Below, piece after piece: positions 50,101 to 58,877 of a DNA stretch of 64,000 nt (positions are counted from its first letter, which is position 1; each line of letters begins with the position of its first letter). A program made the translations under genes and the position numbers. Location of the stretch: positions 31,875 through 95,874 of the forward strand of contig JAFGSR010000168.1 in assembly GCA_016934515.1 (NCBI GenBank), in the 5' to 3' direction. The notes beneath the pieces are model-generated. The model was given only the letters and a program-made list of their open reading frames with translations. It did not search any database and was not told where the DNA came from. The stretch is from Sedimentisphaerales bacterium. GTDB taxonomy: Bacteria; Planctomycetota; Phycisphaerae; Sedimentisphaerales; SM23-30.

Positions 50101-53100
50101 CACCGCCGACAACCACTTCACTGCCCGATGCTACCCCGCGCAGATTCATAAAACCAACATCACCGTTGATATCCATGTAGGCGTCATTAGTCTGGTTGCC
50201 AATCCACCCATCAACAAACACCGTACCCATGGACTCATCGTCGCCATTATAAAGCTGACCGACATCAATCGTCGCCCCGCCCGCTGCCATAACCTTCAAT
50301 TTCGTCTTGCCGGAAGTGTTACGCAACTGGATAGTTTCAATCTGATCTGCCCCCGGTAAAACTTCACCTTCTCCAGGCCCACTCAATACTACGGTTACTT
50401 TGTTACCGTTAATTATTCCTCGATAAGGCAGACCCTGCTGAATAATTATTCCGCCTACCAGGTCCGGAAGCTGTTCTGATATCGTCCACGAATTAAAACC
50501 ACTTACCATGGAAATCGGCGTAGGAAATCTCATGCCCTCGATTCGCAGCGACACAATCTGAGCATCGGCGAATACTCCAAAGGGACTGCCCTGTCCGATG
50601 ATCTGACCGATACTCATCCGCCGGATGGTGCTCAACCCTTCACCCGGCGTATCGCTGCCGTCCTGATCTCCAAAAATCGTATTCGGGCCCGGACTTACAC
50701 CGGCGGCAATTACCGAATTATCCAACGTGTCAACCTTGCCCGTCAGAATATCACCTTCCAGTGCCTCGCCGTTGATTATCAGCGTGCTCCGGTCGATAAG
50801 ATCATCGTTGTCGTCAAATACCTCACCCGGATCAAAACCTGCCAACACATAAGTGTTCCGCATCAAACCACTCACATCCAGGCTGCGAATATCACCGCCG
50901 GCCGTAACCAGCGACTCATCGTCCAGAATATTAGCAGCCTGAATACTGCCGATATTGCCCGTAACGTGCACCGTACCGAAAATCGAACCGTCCACAATCA
51001 GCTTTTCCAGATCGCCCGTAATATCCAGCACTCCACCGGCTTCGATGTTACCCGAAATGTGTAATGTCCCGATATTGCCCGTCGAAATATATCTGCCGCT
51101 GCCGGTTATCGATCCGTCGATGTCGATCCCTTCACCGCCGCCGATTATAATCGTACCGGAAATGTCCGATCCGCGAATCACAATCTGCGGCCCTGTTCCC
51201 GCCACATCAATCGTTACCGGCCCGCCGTCCACCACGTCGGTCAGCGCAATGTCACCGTTAATAATTGTCAATTTGCCAAAATCTTCACCAACTGTGATGC
51301 TGGCGTTCAGATCGGCACGGTCGTCTCCGATTCCCTTGAGCATCAGCGAACGGAAATCTTCCGTAACCTCAATTTGGCCGTTCACACTGCCCATAACTTT
51401 TGCAATGCCAAAATCACCATCGACAGATACCGAACTTTCCAGATCACCCGGTGTCCGCCCGCTGCCGATTGTCAGCTTACCCAGATCGCCATGGATGCCA
51501 AATTCCGAACCCGGATTACCAAATTCACCACCGCTGATTATCGATCCGACATCTCCCCCGATATCACCCAACCCGAGCACCTGACCGCCTGCCTTCAAGC
51601 TTTTCAACTCGATACCGGCCCGATCATATTTTGCGTGCGGACCCAGCGGATTGCCCGGTCCCACCGGCGCAGGATCCCAGTTCAACAGCAACTCCGCCTG
51701 GAAATCACCACCTGCCGAGATGGTCCCTACCTTGCCGTCCACAATAATAATCCCACCTACCGGCGTACCAATATTTCCGCCGGCCTTGATCGCCCGCAAA
51801 TCACCATAAGGCCCGGTTACCTCAATCGTACTGATTAAATCTCCCCGGCTTTGAATCATAGCTACCGGCCCGGCAACGAAGATGCCCGAACCCAATATGT
51901 CGCCCCGGCTGCTCAGCGTCCCCAACTCACCCGCCTCAAGCACCAGATCAAATATGTCCCCCGTAGTAGTAACTCGATCTATCTGGTCGAACGCGTTTAT
52001 ATTCGTCCGGTTAATTTCATCTGCCGTTATCGTACCAATATGTATACCGCAGAAAATCTCACTGTCCTCAATAGTGCCACCTCGCTGGATGGTTATTCGG
52101 CCGATGTCCCGGTTTGCTGAGATTATTGTATTATGAATACCTGCTCCACCTACGGTTATTTGTCCTATTATACTTTCTTCGATGGTTAACGGACCGACTA
52201 TCAATGCATTAATTCGAGTGTCGAATATCCCCTCGGCCCCTCCTAATACCTGAATAGTATTGATACTTTGGGCCTTAATAAAGGCCCCTCGTATCTCCGA
52301 ACCGGCACCCCGTACTTCAATAAAACCTATCGGGTCAACTGTTCCCGTACTAGAGTTATAAAGCTGGTAATTATCAAACATGGAGGTCGTCGAAATCGTA
52401 TCGGCTATATAACGCGAACCACGAACTCGCTCACTTGTTCCGCCTGAAGCGTTATAACCTGTTATTCTTGCTCCGTTGCTCACCTGCACTCGTACAATGC
52501 CGCCGCTGCCAAAAAGCGGACCGCCTATATCGTGTCCTGCATCATGTGCTTCAGCGAAAACGATTACACCTGTAACGAATATACCCGACTGAGCCCATTC
52601 GCCTGTGCCCGGATGACGGATACCATCACCCAGACTTATCCGGTTAAGGTTGCCCTCGATTACCAATGCCCCGTCCATCCCATCAAACTGACCCCCAGCC
52701 CGACTGTTGTCACTGTTCAGGGTAATTCTATCTACATCACCGGTTATTCTGGTATCTCCCAGTGATCCGCCAATAACTATCCTGTCTATTCCCACCGCCG
52801 AAAGCAATCCGGAAACCTGAGATCCTATCGGATTGATAATCGCTCTAAGAACATCATCTTCTATCGGTGCAATCTCGACCGTTTCAATAATCTGACCCGT
52901 CGAGTTCTCCGTCCGTCCCAGATGGCCGTCAATACTTATCAAAGCAAAAGGCTGACCACCCGGCGGGAATGTCACCACATCTTCATCACCTTGATCGGCT
53001 GGAGTCGTCCCTTGATCATCTGGATCTTCCACGAAACCCGTACCTTCAGCGATTACAATAGATACAATATCGCCCCCCGGGGTACTGTTGACTATCTGCT

Positions 53101-56100
53101 CTATTGCTCCGTCAACATTCACCTGCAAAACCGATATCTCATCATTTCCGGTGATATTAACCCGGTTATTCTGGTCTCCGGTAACGTTCAATACACCCAG
53201 TTCCGCCGGCCCGCCTGTCGTCGTGACCCGCAAACCATCCGTTGAAGTAACCTCCGTTATCACGTATCCCAGAACAGCCTGGTTGTAAAACCCAAAGCTT
53301 TGTATATAGTCCGCATAGGACAAATCCCATATCGGCAGCAACTGCACCGTGAGCACTCCGCCTTCGTTGGGGGTAGCATTAGGATCAGTAACATCATCCG
53401 GCGGAGTCACAAAAAGGAATTCATCAACGTCTTCTTCTCCCGTATAACCCGGCGACAATTTCACCAGAACGCCTGAGTCGTCAGTAACCGTTACCGATTG
53501 ACCCGCCGCGAATTCAAACGGACCGAATGGTCCAAAATATCCTGACATATTTACAACTATGCTGCCTTGAATATCAACAAACCGAACATTACCGCCGCGA
53601 CCTCCGACACTGACCGGAATGCCAGATCCGAAGCTCCCACTAAATACCGACAAACCAAAATCTCCACCTACATAAATCCGGTCAATAACTCCCGGCTCGC
53701 CGATCTCGTCGGCGTTCGCGAAAATCCCCGTCGGTTGCCCAGAAATAATTGTACCGGAATCGTGATTCATCTCATCGCTGAAACTACCAGCGATTACCAC
53801 TTCGCCAATATTACCGTTAGATACGATCAACCCGGAAAGACTGCCTCCCATTTTTACCGAACTGATCTGGCTGCCTGCTTCTATATTTATCGTGCTGTCA
53901 ACTGGCGAACTCACCTGACCAATATCGCCCGCCGTGAACACTGAAGGATCGGGTAATGTTACAATTCCATCATCATCATCCCAGTTAAAGCCCACCACCG
54001 AGCCATTAAAACCTGCCCGCAAACCTCCCAGGCTCCCATCGTCAACGCGAATCTGCACATTACGCATTGCCCCGCCGCTACTGAAAGCCCCCATATTGCC
54101 GTTCAGCACCTCGACCGTAGGCCGTGGGTAATTCGCTAGATGACCGTAACGAACGTCGGTAAGCACATTGCCCCCGCCAAAGGTCGTCTCGCTGACACCC
54201 TCAATCTCCAGCCTATACGACATAATCCAATTTGTGTTGCTGCTGCCAATAATATCAGCTGCTGCTACGACGGTGTATATTCCCGCTTTTTCCGCCGTGT
54301 ATTCCAATTCCAGCGGCGCACCGGTAACGATATCCACTTCACCAAGCAAAGCCACCAACTCGCCGTCAGGATCTATCAGAGTCAAATTCGCTTCTGCGGG
54401 TACTTTCGTGCCGGGAAGCAACGGATGACCGCTGGCTCCAAACGTTCCATACGCGTCATACAGATTGATCGTCAGCGTCTGACCGGCAAATACTCCAAAG
54501 CTGTAATAATCCTCGGTGTCCCAATCACTACTCTCCGTCTCGCCCAGCACCGAAATCTTGCCGTCTATCGTCCCCAGATATTGCGCTTCTGCCACAGTAT
54601 CATTAGTGAGAATCCAGCCCCCGCTGGTGTCCATTGCTCCGGACATGAATGATACAGTATCCCCGTTATCGTCAATTTTCCGCTCAAGCTCTCGATAAGC
54701 ACGAACATATTTTTCGGAAAAAACGTCGTACACACCCGGGAACTGCGGCGCATCACTTGCACCATGCACCAGTATCGGCAATCCCCAGTCACCCTGACCA
54801 TATACACTTCCCAGGTTCCCCTGCACATCAAGAACCGGTGAATTGCCGCTGCCCCCGTATGACGCCGAACCTGCCAGTGTCCAACTGTTATCCGATTCAC
54901 TAACCCCGCCCGCCTGGGTATGCACTACCAGATTATTCAAGTCGCCGTCAACCACAAAATCGTTGGTTCCCAAAAATCCGGCGTAAAACAAGTCGATGCT
55001 GCCGTTAATTGACACATCACCAAAAACCCCGCCGCCAATCTGGATTCGGCCAATATCCTGGGGTTTACCCTCAAAGTCAGGTGCTACTATAATGCCCGGA
55101 CGAATGCCACCACCCGGATATGCTCCTATCGGACCGGGATCAGCCGCAACCTCAGAATCGTCAAAAAACGTACCTACCGTGCTTAACTGCCCCGGTGACC
55201 AGTACTGTGTTTCTTCCAATGTCTGAGGAATGGTACCAATCATTACCCCGCCGGCGCCGCTTGGTGTCGATACACTTGCATCATCCTCGTCAATAAACAA
55301 CAATGCCTCTGTGCCGCCGGTTGGGGTATATACACGATTGCCGTCACTGTCTATAGTTAAACTGGTTATCGTAATATATACATCCGGCGTACTAGAAGCT
55401 ATATACATCAGATAAATGTCTGATAATCCGCCAACTATCACAAACTGATCATCCACCTCCTGGATAAACTCAGTATTTATTGCATACAATGTCCCACTTG
55501 TCGGATCTGTTGCGTAGCCAACATTATTAGTGTCGTCAAAGGACATACCCGTAAGAAAGATCGGAGGCGGATCAGCGCCACCCGTGGGCTGATCACCAAA
55601 ATCAACAATATCCTGGAAGCGGTCGGCAACTGCTGCATCCAGGTCCACGGTTACCAACGTGCCGCCATCCATCGAGCCGGCCTGGTGCAACAATCCAAAC
55701 AATCGGCCAAACTGATCGTACATCAAACCTTCTACTATGTCGCTGTCATCCACTGTAGCACGCGGGGCGGTAAATATTCCTATCGAGTTGCCAATGTCTG
55801 CCTTGACTACCGATATAGTCAAAAATTGGTTTTCAACGTCACCTGCTCCGTTAACTCCATTGTCATAGGCCAGGAAAATCGGCTCGCCTATTCCATTCTG
55901 ACCGGTATGGACAATCGTTAGAATATCGTCACCGGGACCGGATACTCCACTTAAGCTGTAGTCAGTCTGCCCCTGATTATTTACTCCGATTGCTTCCGCT
56001 TCACCCGTAATCGTGTCGATAGAAATTAATACCTCCCCCGTTGTTAATACCTGACCAACTCCATCAAAGGATGTGGGGCCTACTACCACCGCGTATAAGG

Positions 56101-56731
56101 TCCCGGTTACCGGATCAAATGCCGCCGCATCAAAATCCGTAAAGATAACATCATTACCCTTCGCCCCCGCGTTATCCGTATCTACCACTTCGCCTATTAA
56201 TCTATCTATCACACCTAATGTTCTGTCAACTTCAACCAGAAATCCACCCGTGGTGATACCAAATGTGTCACCGTTGGTATTGCTCGCTAATGCGTTTATG
56301 GAAGCCCCCAAACCACCTAATACATCCGAGGGCACTTCATCAATTATCGATATGCCTCCCGGGCCGCCGCCAATTCTGATCGTCTGGCCGTCAACCACCA
56401 AATCCCCGGGAATATCTTCGCCACGGTAATTCAGAAGTTCCACCACCACATCTTTGCTGGGGCCCATCCCGGATAACGTACCTATACGTACCTCATTAAA
56501 CACGGCTACATCGCTGCCCGAATCATTTTCCTCCGGGTCCGCATAGAGAAAGGTAGTTTCCTGTTGGACATCTGCCGGTAACGTCAGGGTCGTCAACAAA
56601 ACGCGAGGCTCCAGAAACTCCGCTTCCAGGTTACTGCGTTTAGCTTTCTGGCTTTTTAGTCCCATTCTTTTGATGATACTCTGGTACAGTTTTTCCCCTT
56701 GACGGCCTCTTCTACGTAATAATCGATTCAA
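44120..56731 (-). CDS. Giant (4203 aa) LEPR-xLL extracellular protein with PPC-like domains and C-terminal metzincin protease
   Basis: EFLEPRVLL; DYYSF/DVDVYSFRL PPC motifs; HELGHILGLEH plus NLMGY Met-turn; GGAGG before TTG start. Confidence 0.88.
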   Translation of the reverse strand: MNRLLRRRGRQGEKLYQSIIKRMGLKSQKAKRSNLEAEFLEPRVLLTTLTLPADVQQETTFLYADPEENDSGSDVAVFNEVRIGTLSGMGPSKDVVVELLNYRGEDIPGDLVVDGQTIRIGGGPGGISIIDEVPSDVLGGLGASINALASNTNGDTFGITTGGFLVEVDRTLGVIDRLIGEVVDTDNAGAKGNDVIFTDFDAAAFDPVTGTLYAVVVGPTSFDGVGQVLTTGEVLISIDTITGEAEAIGVNNQGQTDYSLSGVSGPGDDILTIVHTGQNGIGEPIFLAYDNGVNGAGDVENQFLTISVVKADIGNSIGIFTAPRATVDDSDIVEGLMYDQFGRLFGLLHQAGSMDGGTLVTVDLDAAVADRFQDIVDFGDQPTGGADPPPIFLTGMSFDDTNNVGYATDPTSGTLYAINTEFIQEVDDQFVIVGGLSDIYLMYIASSTPDVYITITSLTIDSDGNRVYTPTGGTEALLFIDEDDASVSTPSGAGGVMIGTIPQTLEETQYWSPGQLSTVGTFFDDSEVAADPGPIGAYPGGGIRPGIIVAPDFEGKPQDIGRIQIGGGVFGDVSINGSIDLFYAGFLGTNDFVVDGDLNNLVVHTQAGGVSESDNSWTLAGSASYGGSGNSPVLDVQGNLGSVYGQGDWGLPILVHGASDAPQFPGVYDVFSEKYVRAYRELERKIDDNGDTVSFMSGAMDTSGGWILTNDTVAEAQYLGTIDGKISVLGETESSDWDTEDYYSFGVFAGQTLTINLYDAYGTFGASGHPLLPGTKVPAEANLTLIDPDGELVALLGEVDIVTGAPLELEYTAEKAGIYTVVAAADIIGSSNTNWIMSYRLEIEGVSETTFGGGNVLTDVRYGHLANYPRPTVEVLNGNMGAFSSGGAMRNVQIRVDDGSLGGLRAGFNGSVVGFNWDDDDGIVTLPDPSVFTAGDIGQVSSPVDSTINIEAGSQISSVKMGGSLSGLIVSNGNIGEVVIAGSFSDEMNHDSGTIISGQPTGIFANADEIGEPGVIDRIYVGGDFGLSVFSGSFGSGIPVSVGGRGGNVRFVDIQGSIVVNMSGYFGPFGPFEFAAGQSVTVTDDSGVLVKLSPGYTGEEDVDEFLFVTPPDDVTDPNATPNEGGVLTVQLLPIWDLSYADYIQSFGFYNQAVLGYVITEVTSTDGLRVTTTGGPAELGVLNVTGDQNNRVNITGNDEISVLQVNVDGAIEQIVNSTPGGDIVSIVIAEGTGFVEDPDDQGTTPADQGDEDVVTFPPGGQPFALISIDGHLGRTENSTGQIIETVEIAPIEDDVLRAIINPIGSQVSGLLSAVGIDRIVIGGSLGDTRITGDVDRITLNSDNSRAGGQFDGMDGALVIEGNLNRISLGDGIRHPGTGEWAQSGIFVTGVIVFAEAHDAGHDIGGPLFGSGGIVRVQVSNGARITGYNASGGTSERVRGSRYIADTISTTSMFDNYQLYNSSTGTVDPIGFIEVRGAGSEIRGAFIKAQSINTIQVLGGAEGIFDTRINALIVGPLTIEESIIGQITVGGAGIHNTIISANRDIGRITIQRGGTIEDSEIFCGIHIGTITADEINRTNINAFDQIDRVTTTGDIFDLVLEAGELGTLSSRGDILGSGIFVAGPVAMIQSRGDLISTIEVTGPYGDLRAIKAGGNIGTPVGGIIIVDGKVGTISAGGDFQAELLLNWDPAPVGPGNPLGPHAKYDRAGIELKSLKAGGQVLGLGDIGGDVGSIISGGEFGNPGSEFGIHGDLGKLTIGSGRTPGDLESSVSVDGDFGIAKVMGSVNGQIEVTEDFRSLMLKGIGDDRADLNASITVGEDFGKLTIINGDIALTDVVDGGPVTIDVAGTGPQIVIRGSDISGTIIIGGGEGIDIDGSITGSGRYISTGNIGTLHISGNIEAGGVLDITGDLEKLIVDGSIFGTVHVTGNIGSIQAANILDDESLVTAGGDIRSLDVSGLMRNTYVLAGFDPGEVFDDNDDLIDRSTLIINGEALEGDILTGKVDTLDNSVIAAGVSPGPNTIFGDQDGSDTPGEGLSTIRRMSIGQIIGQGSPFGVFADAQIVSLRIEGMRFPTPISMVSGFNSWTISEQLPDLVGGIIIQQGLPYRGIINGNKVTVVLSGPGEGEVLPGADQIETIQLRNTSGKTKLKVMAAGGATIDVGQLYNGDDESMGTVFVDGWIGNQTNDAYMDINGDVGFMNLRGVASGSEVVVGGDVTKAILGEMNGTDALPTNIDILGDVKLLQSTQVSEQVNISAANVTKALFRGDMDGMLYCSDSLLSYAQVTGDLGGVLSSEGDIDRVIVKGMTGGEGLREVMGIRAGGNIGTFQSSSMRLSVVAAGGNLELAQINGNMEFSTLAAGLDIGPSGKLFDFDSTAADDPDRDRALSGIIDKVIINGDFVESNVVAALAPGQDEMFGTGDDLLEQKNIEFLNPPQVSNVFFDATDLNAITVEFSHEQTDVIGVIREVDIRGDVSGSIFSQDSFVIGAAGMVGKVSVGREAFVGQGNVSLLEVNSKDVDGATLEVSDITAANALSQAFQIRSIGLDQIFGLNPSSGVSDDIIIGGDDNPLTDPTAWVTFDQGSNSATFHNEDGFAINRWGTNYYQITLVANQITNQQGVSLDGEGNVPSGNGIPGGDFVYYFAVADLGNSIVTAFSPFEEFPENMIWSYTSQMGDNPGFTGDSALDEDDFIRMNDLVAGQTVDVNISQAVGSGGGSGGYTENSSIYLVQLWQIHDDSVAGQTFNVIGTDGVEDMVEDDPDITVSADLVAPELDELAYTGTSYYGYDGIGHKFYNINPLVFSNLELLENDLNDLNSLVASQGAILDLKGLAGHSLDSLWAIADFQPNSGSARQSLVLINKVSEDINNLDPDNRASVTISSNNIGSTFTNISGLAELDGVLYGIDAATNTLVRFNSDPNSAGFGLATAVGSGLGNLGSVDSSLADNLVITGLALNQGGDGLIALHNQPVNETGNLLRDALYTIDPATGAAVLLQEFEFDAERHGLATEPNSGIFVGLPLRNSPAGDTMNITFGNQGPVEHIFAEETTDFSGGNRVISDSSVVALNAGLQEFIDKGYYYGFDIEYAHGEAHGDVEVLIEDIDWLNDTENGFIISAVTDDPDNTTVIFGFGVDGSSVLRVEIDAEHGDGDVRVFFAGTSQIETQYPAELILAGEMLGESSRTDLTPTRDMILPGLDEITISKTILETDYFLELTDELESALAQVLTAELLDDLKNEVLTGEIILDTRIGLIQAGEFDLLNDFNDALVTINYDALGYDSSLETFALISTFSFDTRPIFVDPNPLDPTTETDDDVVLTRTVLSDLVNASVYGTGTTATLTIDDILALEFGSTDENLGIDELFAVVSITIVPVTGNSTTRDSLLSISNIIDPYADLQLSEQDLEFYGFTDIVSLAYGDIPGSSINNGCMYGIDQVTQTLVKIDTRKKVPQINNQLKINPEFGKAAAVGDEMDNLANPGTNIEIIGIDFAPDGSLYGIENVSNNIVEIFTDIRNTEYGSRMELVMPLPAGGEYSDISFDMAAFNTPGFLVRSTSGSPVDDVVQVSINGQASTNHTFGSSSTNLGGLTVSSTIGNSDVTPEGGFYQFNVTYTTGQGDILLEIDDINWVGDASALVDSVQISDSLNGSIETFGDDDISILIHTNHSVPGGGSTDSMTIYFGTTSDLMVLANSQRTLSLVTSWTGTGELNALFEVPEDGDYLLNVSSNLFRNSLDPGYFWVGEVDFLAGGVDSPLGRYNLEVLVFNDGNSDFGSDTTASGLPYSQVYPTNGPVNLEPLDWGNDELVQDEDNPQVYRYNVDLLNNPVSAECYLPVEKVTGTLLEPGQAGSVVISSCLGNLLDVDVYSFRLEEGQRVTVDLDSEVLFGRDDVELYVAIYNGDYEALTTIMDEADDVLATGAAQNADTLYEAQAIFSMPNHESVVIDPAENGMGTYYVVVTGYSLQNFSEVIAYQLTIETTEPEAVETPPSQLVWLAFDGARADYLFKEADMGWGPNVVNRPAFDAEAFELDGMRESLIQAIADRIEEIYRNVGLTEDEIEFVTEKPQAGAVYSTVIFGGTTPMLGLYGLAQKLDRHNEDHTDMAIVLTDEIAFGYLSEMSEDPTERFLETVNALANTGAHELGHILGLEHATEINTAEPANLMGYNYDMTLEEQEFKARNSYRLFAEQQGYELFMRQIGFENEIDLLLRYIGSGTDIGEQN

Positions 56732-57141
56732 GGTGACCTCCTTACAGGTAAGGTTGGTGTTACGTAGGCTCTTTTATGGTAAGTAATTACAAAAACCCAT
56801 TTCGGCAAACCACACTTGCCCCTCTCTACGCGGGTTCACCTGCATCCTTGGCTTTCGGGTCTTGCCCGCCAACGATGCCGGGATAACGGTGGATAATTTT
56901 TGCACCGTCCCCTTTATACCATTTACAAATGAGTATTACATACAACTCATCTGCTAAATTTATACCTGACAACCCTTTACAATAGGACACGCCAGGAATC
57001 ATCATGCCCATCTAGTATAAATTTTAGGCATTTTCCGGGGTTTTACCCCATTTGTCAATAAAAAATTGGCCTTATTCCTGCTTACAACCACAACTTTTCG
57101 CAATTTTCTTATCAGTATAAATACTGTCTTGCCAATAAGAT

Positions 57142-57182
57142 AAAAAAACCGCACGGACCAAAATTCCTCTGGAACGTGCGGA
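57142..57182 (-). terminator. Rho-independent terminator after corrinoid gene
   Basis: CCGCACG...CGTGCGG stem followed by T7 on minus strand. Confidence 0.55.
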
Positions 57183-57219
57183 TTTCTTGCAATTCGACTC
57201 TGTTCTGTCCTGGGTGGGC

Positions 57220-57846
57220 TTAACTGACCAGTTTTTTTGCGATATCTACCGCTGATGCGGCATCTGCGGCAAAGCCTGCCGCACCGATCTTGTCCGCGTA
57301 ATCTCGGGTCACTGGTGCTCCACCTATCATTACTTTCGCATCTATTCCCGCTTCCTTAAACGCCGATACCGTTTTTTCCATCATCGGCATCGTCGTCGTC
57401 AATAATGCCGACAGACCCGCAACCTTGGCTTTATGCTCCTTGGCTGCCTGCAGAAATTTGTCCGGGGATACATCTGTTCCCAAATCTATAACATTGAATC
57501 CGGCACCCTTGAGCATCATCGCTACCAGGTTTTTTCCGATATCGTGCAGATCGCCCTGAACCGTTCCCATTACCACCGTTCCAATAGGTTCCACACCGGC
57601 TTCCACCAGCTTCGGCTCCAGGATTTCCATCGCCGTTTTCATCGCTCTGGCCGCGATCAGTACTTCCGGTACATAAACCTCATTCTTCTTGAACGCTGCC
57701 CCTATCACGTTCATACCGGCTATCAATCCATCATTCAGAATGGACTCCGGATCCATTCCTTCTTCAACCGCTTTGGTCGTTATGTCCTTAGCTGTGGCCT
57801 GATCACCCTTAATCACTGCATTTTTCAATGCTTCCATGTCTGCCAT
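57220..57846 (-). CDS. Methyltransferase cognate corrinoid (B12-binding) protein
   Basis: YVPEVLIAARAM, GDLHDIGKNLV (DxHxxG), SALLTTTM, MIGGAP. Confidence 0.93.
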   Translation of the reverse strand: MADMEALKNAVIKGDQATAKDITTKAVEEGMDPESILNDGLIAGMNVIGAAFKKNEVYVPEVLIAARAMKTAMEILEPKLVEAGVEPIGTVVMGTVQGDLHDIGKNLVAMMLKGAGFNVIDLGTDVSPDKFLQAAKEHKAKVAGLSALLTTTMPMMEKTVSAFKEAGIDAKVMIGGAPVTRDYADKIGAAGFAADAASAVDIAKKLVS

Positions 57847-58157
57847 AATCTACCTCGCATTCAGATTCAAACAGTTTAGTTGATGGGAAAGCTTTACTTG
57901 ACTCGCCCAAATCCAGTTTCAAAACAATCTAACCAACACCGCTAAACCGTATCGTCACTTGCCGTTCTTGCCCATACGCCCATACGATTTCGCGTACCAA
58001 TTTCCAGACATCATATTAGTGGGCTTACCCCTTTACCTGCAAGCTTATTTGAAATGAAAAAAAAACGTCATAATTACTTGTGATATAATAACATAAATTT
58101 GGTGAGCATGTTTTTTTCTGGAAATTGTTATGTGACTTAAATCACAAAGTAACTACC

Positions 58158-58796
58158 TTAGCGATCTTTAAATTCATCCAGTAATTGCTTGTATTCATTC
58201 AACTTACCCAACTTCAAAAGCTCAAATGCCTCAGAATTGGCAAAATCCTGCAATATTTCCGCCCGTTTGGGTTGTGCATCCGGATATTTCCCCTTTACAT
58301 GCTCGCGAAGCTCCCCCAATCCCTCTAAAAAACCCTCAAACTCAACACCGAAATGATTTTCCAGCTCCAATCGAATTTTTTTTGACAATGCCGGACTGAC
58401 CCCACCCGTGGAGACCGCAATTTGCATTAATCCCCGCCTTACCACCGCCGGCACCTGGAAACTGCACAACGTCGGCTCATCCACCACATTACAAAAAATT
58501 CCCTGTTCAGTTGCCTGCTCGAAAACCTGACGATTCACCTGACCATCACCACACGCCGCCACCACCAGCCACTTCCCTGTAATATCCCCGTCCTCATATT
58601 TCCGCCGGCAAACCTCAATTTTCCCCTCTGCTTCAAGAATTCCCAATTCTTCCGTCAATTCTGGGCTAACCACCACCACCTTCGCTCTACTCGCCAGAAG
58701 CGACTCCACTTTCCGCTCAGCTACCTGACCACCGCCCACCACCAGCACCTTCCTGCCTGCCAAATCACAAAATATCGGATACAATCGACTCTTCAT
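58158..58796 (-). CDS. Precorrin-2 dehydrogenase/sirohydrochlorin ferrochelatase (SirC/Met8/CysG-N type)
   Basis: YPIF, VVGGGQVAERK, NVVDEP, AVSTGGVSPAL. Confidence 0.92.
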   Translation of the reverse strand: MKSRLYPIFCDLAGRKVLVVGGGQVAERKVESLLASRAKVVVVSPELTEELGILEAEGKIEVCRRKYEDGDITGKWLVVAACGDGQVNRQVFEQATEQGIFCNVVDEPTLCSFQVPAVVRRGLMQIAVSTGGVSPALSKKIRLELENHFGVEFEGFLEGLGELREHVKGKYPDAQPKRAEILQDFANSEAFELLKLGKLNEYKQLLDEFKDR

Positions 58797-58877
58797 AGCT
58801 CCAATATGCTCCGGTAGCTAATGCAGGTCAATCAAAAAAGTTTCTTTCGCCTGTCCGTGGAAAAAAGCAAATTGACG

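Noticed and set aside
57850-58150. Cobalamin riboswitch upstream of the corrinoid gene
   Set aside because: No recognisable GGGAA..GGTG.AA.TCC / B12-box motifs on the minus strand
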